This document shows positions 61,901 through 64,000 of a DNA stretch of 64,000 nt, one piece after another. The DNA is from Eledone cirrhosa (Eukaryota). The stretch spans positions 213,528,001 through 213,592,000 of the forward strand of contig OZ024741.1 of NCBI GenBank assembly GCA_964016885.1. The letters run 5' to 3'. Numbering within the stretch: the first letter of the stretch is position 1; every line of letters begins with the position of its first letter. A program made the position numbers and the translations under genes. A model generated the notes under the pieces. That model ran no database searches, was not told where the DNA came from, and saw only the letters and a program-made list of their open reading frames with translations.

Positions 61901-64000
61901 CCAACACTACCATCACTATCACCAACACTGCCATCACTATCACCAACACAACCATCACTATCACCAACACTACCATCACTATCACCAACATTACCACCAC
62001 TATCACCAACACTACCATCACTATCACCAACACTACCATCACTATCACCAACACTGCCATCACTATCACCAACACAACCATCACTATCACCAACACTACC
62101 ATCACTATCACCAACACTACCATCACTATCACCAACACTACCATCACTATCACCAACATTACCACCACTATCACCAACACTACCATCACTATCACCAACA
62201 CTACCATCACTATCACCAACACTGCCATCACTATCACCAACACAACCATCACTATCACCAACACTACCATCACTATCACCAACACTACCATCACTATCAC
62301 CAACACTACCATCACTATCACCAACATTACCACCACTATCACCAACACTACCATCACTATCACCAACACTACCATCACTATCACCAAAACTGCCATCACT
62401 ATCACCAACACAACCATCACTATCACCAACACTACCATCACTATCACCAACACTGCCATCACTATCACCAACACAACCATCACTATCACCAACACTACCA
62501 TCACTATCACCAACATTACCACCACTATCACCAACACTACCATCACTATCACCAACACTACCATCACTTTGACCAACACTGCCCTCACTATCACCAACAC
62601 AACCATCACTATCACCAACACTACCATCACTATCACCAACACTACCATCACTATCACCAACACTACCATCACTATCACCAACATTACCACCACTATCACC
62701 AACACTACCATCACTATCACCAACACTACCATCACTATCACCAACACTGCCATCACTATCACCAACACAACCATCACTATCACCAACACTACCATCACTA
62801 TCACCAACATTACCACCACTATCACCAACACTACCATCACTATCACCAACATTACCATCACTATCACCAACATTACCATCATTATCACCAACAACACTAC
62901 CATCACTATCACCAACACTACCATCACTATCACCAACATTACCATCACTGTCAACAACATTACCATCACAAACACCAACATTACCATCACTATCACCAAC
63001 ACTACCATCACTATCACCAACATTACCATCACTATCACCAACATTACCATCACTATCACCAACACTACCATCACTATCACCAACACTACCATCACTATCA
63101 CCAACATTACCATCACTATCACCAACACTACCATCACTATCACCAACATTACCATCACTATCACCTACACTACCATCACTATCACCAACATTACCATCAC
63201 TATCACCAATACTACCATCACTATCACCAACATTACCATCACTATCACTACCATCACTATCACCAACATTACCATCACTATCACCAACATTACCATCACT
63301 ATCACCAACACTACCCATCACTATCACCAACACTACCATCACTATCACCAACACTACCATCACTATCACCAACACTACCATCACTATCACCAACACTACC
63401 ATCATTATCACCAACATTACCATCTCTATCACCAACATTACCATCACTATCACCAACATTACCATCACTATCACCAACACTACCCATCACTATCACCAAC
63501 ACTACCATCACTATCACCAACACTACCATCACTATCACCAACACTACCATCACTATCACCAACACTACCATCACTATCACCAACATTACCATCTCTATCA
63601 CCAACACTACCATCACTAACACCAACACTACCATCACTATCACCAACACTACCATCACTATCACCAACATTAACATCTCTATCACTAACACTACCATCAC
63701 TATCACCAACACTACCATCACTATCACCAACATTACCATCACTATCACCAACACTACCCATCACTATCACCAACACTACCATCACTATCACCAACACTAC
63801 CATCACTATCACCAACATTACCATCACTATCACCAACATTACCATCACTATCACCAACATTACCATCTCTATCACCAACACTTCCATCACTATCACCAAC
63901 ACTACCATCACTATCACCAACACTACCATCACTATCACCAGCACTACCATCACTATCACCAACATTACCATCACTATCACCAACATTACCATCACTATCA
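52975..64000. repeat. 21-bp minisatellite (ACCATCACTATCACCAACA(C/T)T), >500 units, with a ~4.5-kb higher-order duplication
   Basis: Seven-codon periodicity in all frames. Rare variants recur 4522 bp apart (ACCAAGACTACC at ~56265 and ~60787; 1-bp insertions at 55578 and 60100). Confidence 0.97.

Noticed and set aside
52971-63995. Giant (GSVGDSD)n, (TITITNT)n and (VMVVLVI)n ORFs resembling phosphophoryn, mucin or biomineral proteins
   Set aside because: They arise automatically from a 21-bp unit, are open in several frames, are broken by recurrent 1-bp insertions, and have no signal peptide or unique flanking coding sequence.

Overview
Eukaryotic, repeat-saturated genomic DNA, probably from an octopus or related coleoid cephalopod (inferred from the SINE types and the very large (TA)n load). 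There is no complete host gene, only one possible terminal exon at about 2.56-2.76 kb on the minus strand. Layout: CAC-rich repeat (1-1.25 kb); tRNA-derived SINEs; three abutting, related minisatellites of 40, 38 and 59 bp (2.8-12.9 kb); a Helitron-type 3' end beside a 200-N gap; then a (TA)n-dominated block of about 36 kb (16.5-52.8 kb) that has collected many retroelement insertions. That block holds an uninterrupted CR1-group LINE ORF2, a Neptune-like Penelope fragment, a full-length Naiad-type Penelope-like element (827 aa RT plus GIY-YIG, two 539-bp pseudo-LTRs), three more Naiad 3' fragments and about 17 hammerhead ribozyme cores from about 11 sequence families. Several cores carry unusually large stem II inserts, and several insertions form fold-back palindromes. 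One Naiad fragment has an in-frame UGA at the first Cys of its CxC...CP...C motif, a candidate selenocysteine. The window ends with a Gypsy relic and an 11-kb 21-bp minisatellite. Almost all other ORFs in the track are artefacts of simple repeats. All structures were read by eye, without folding or database searches.
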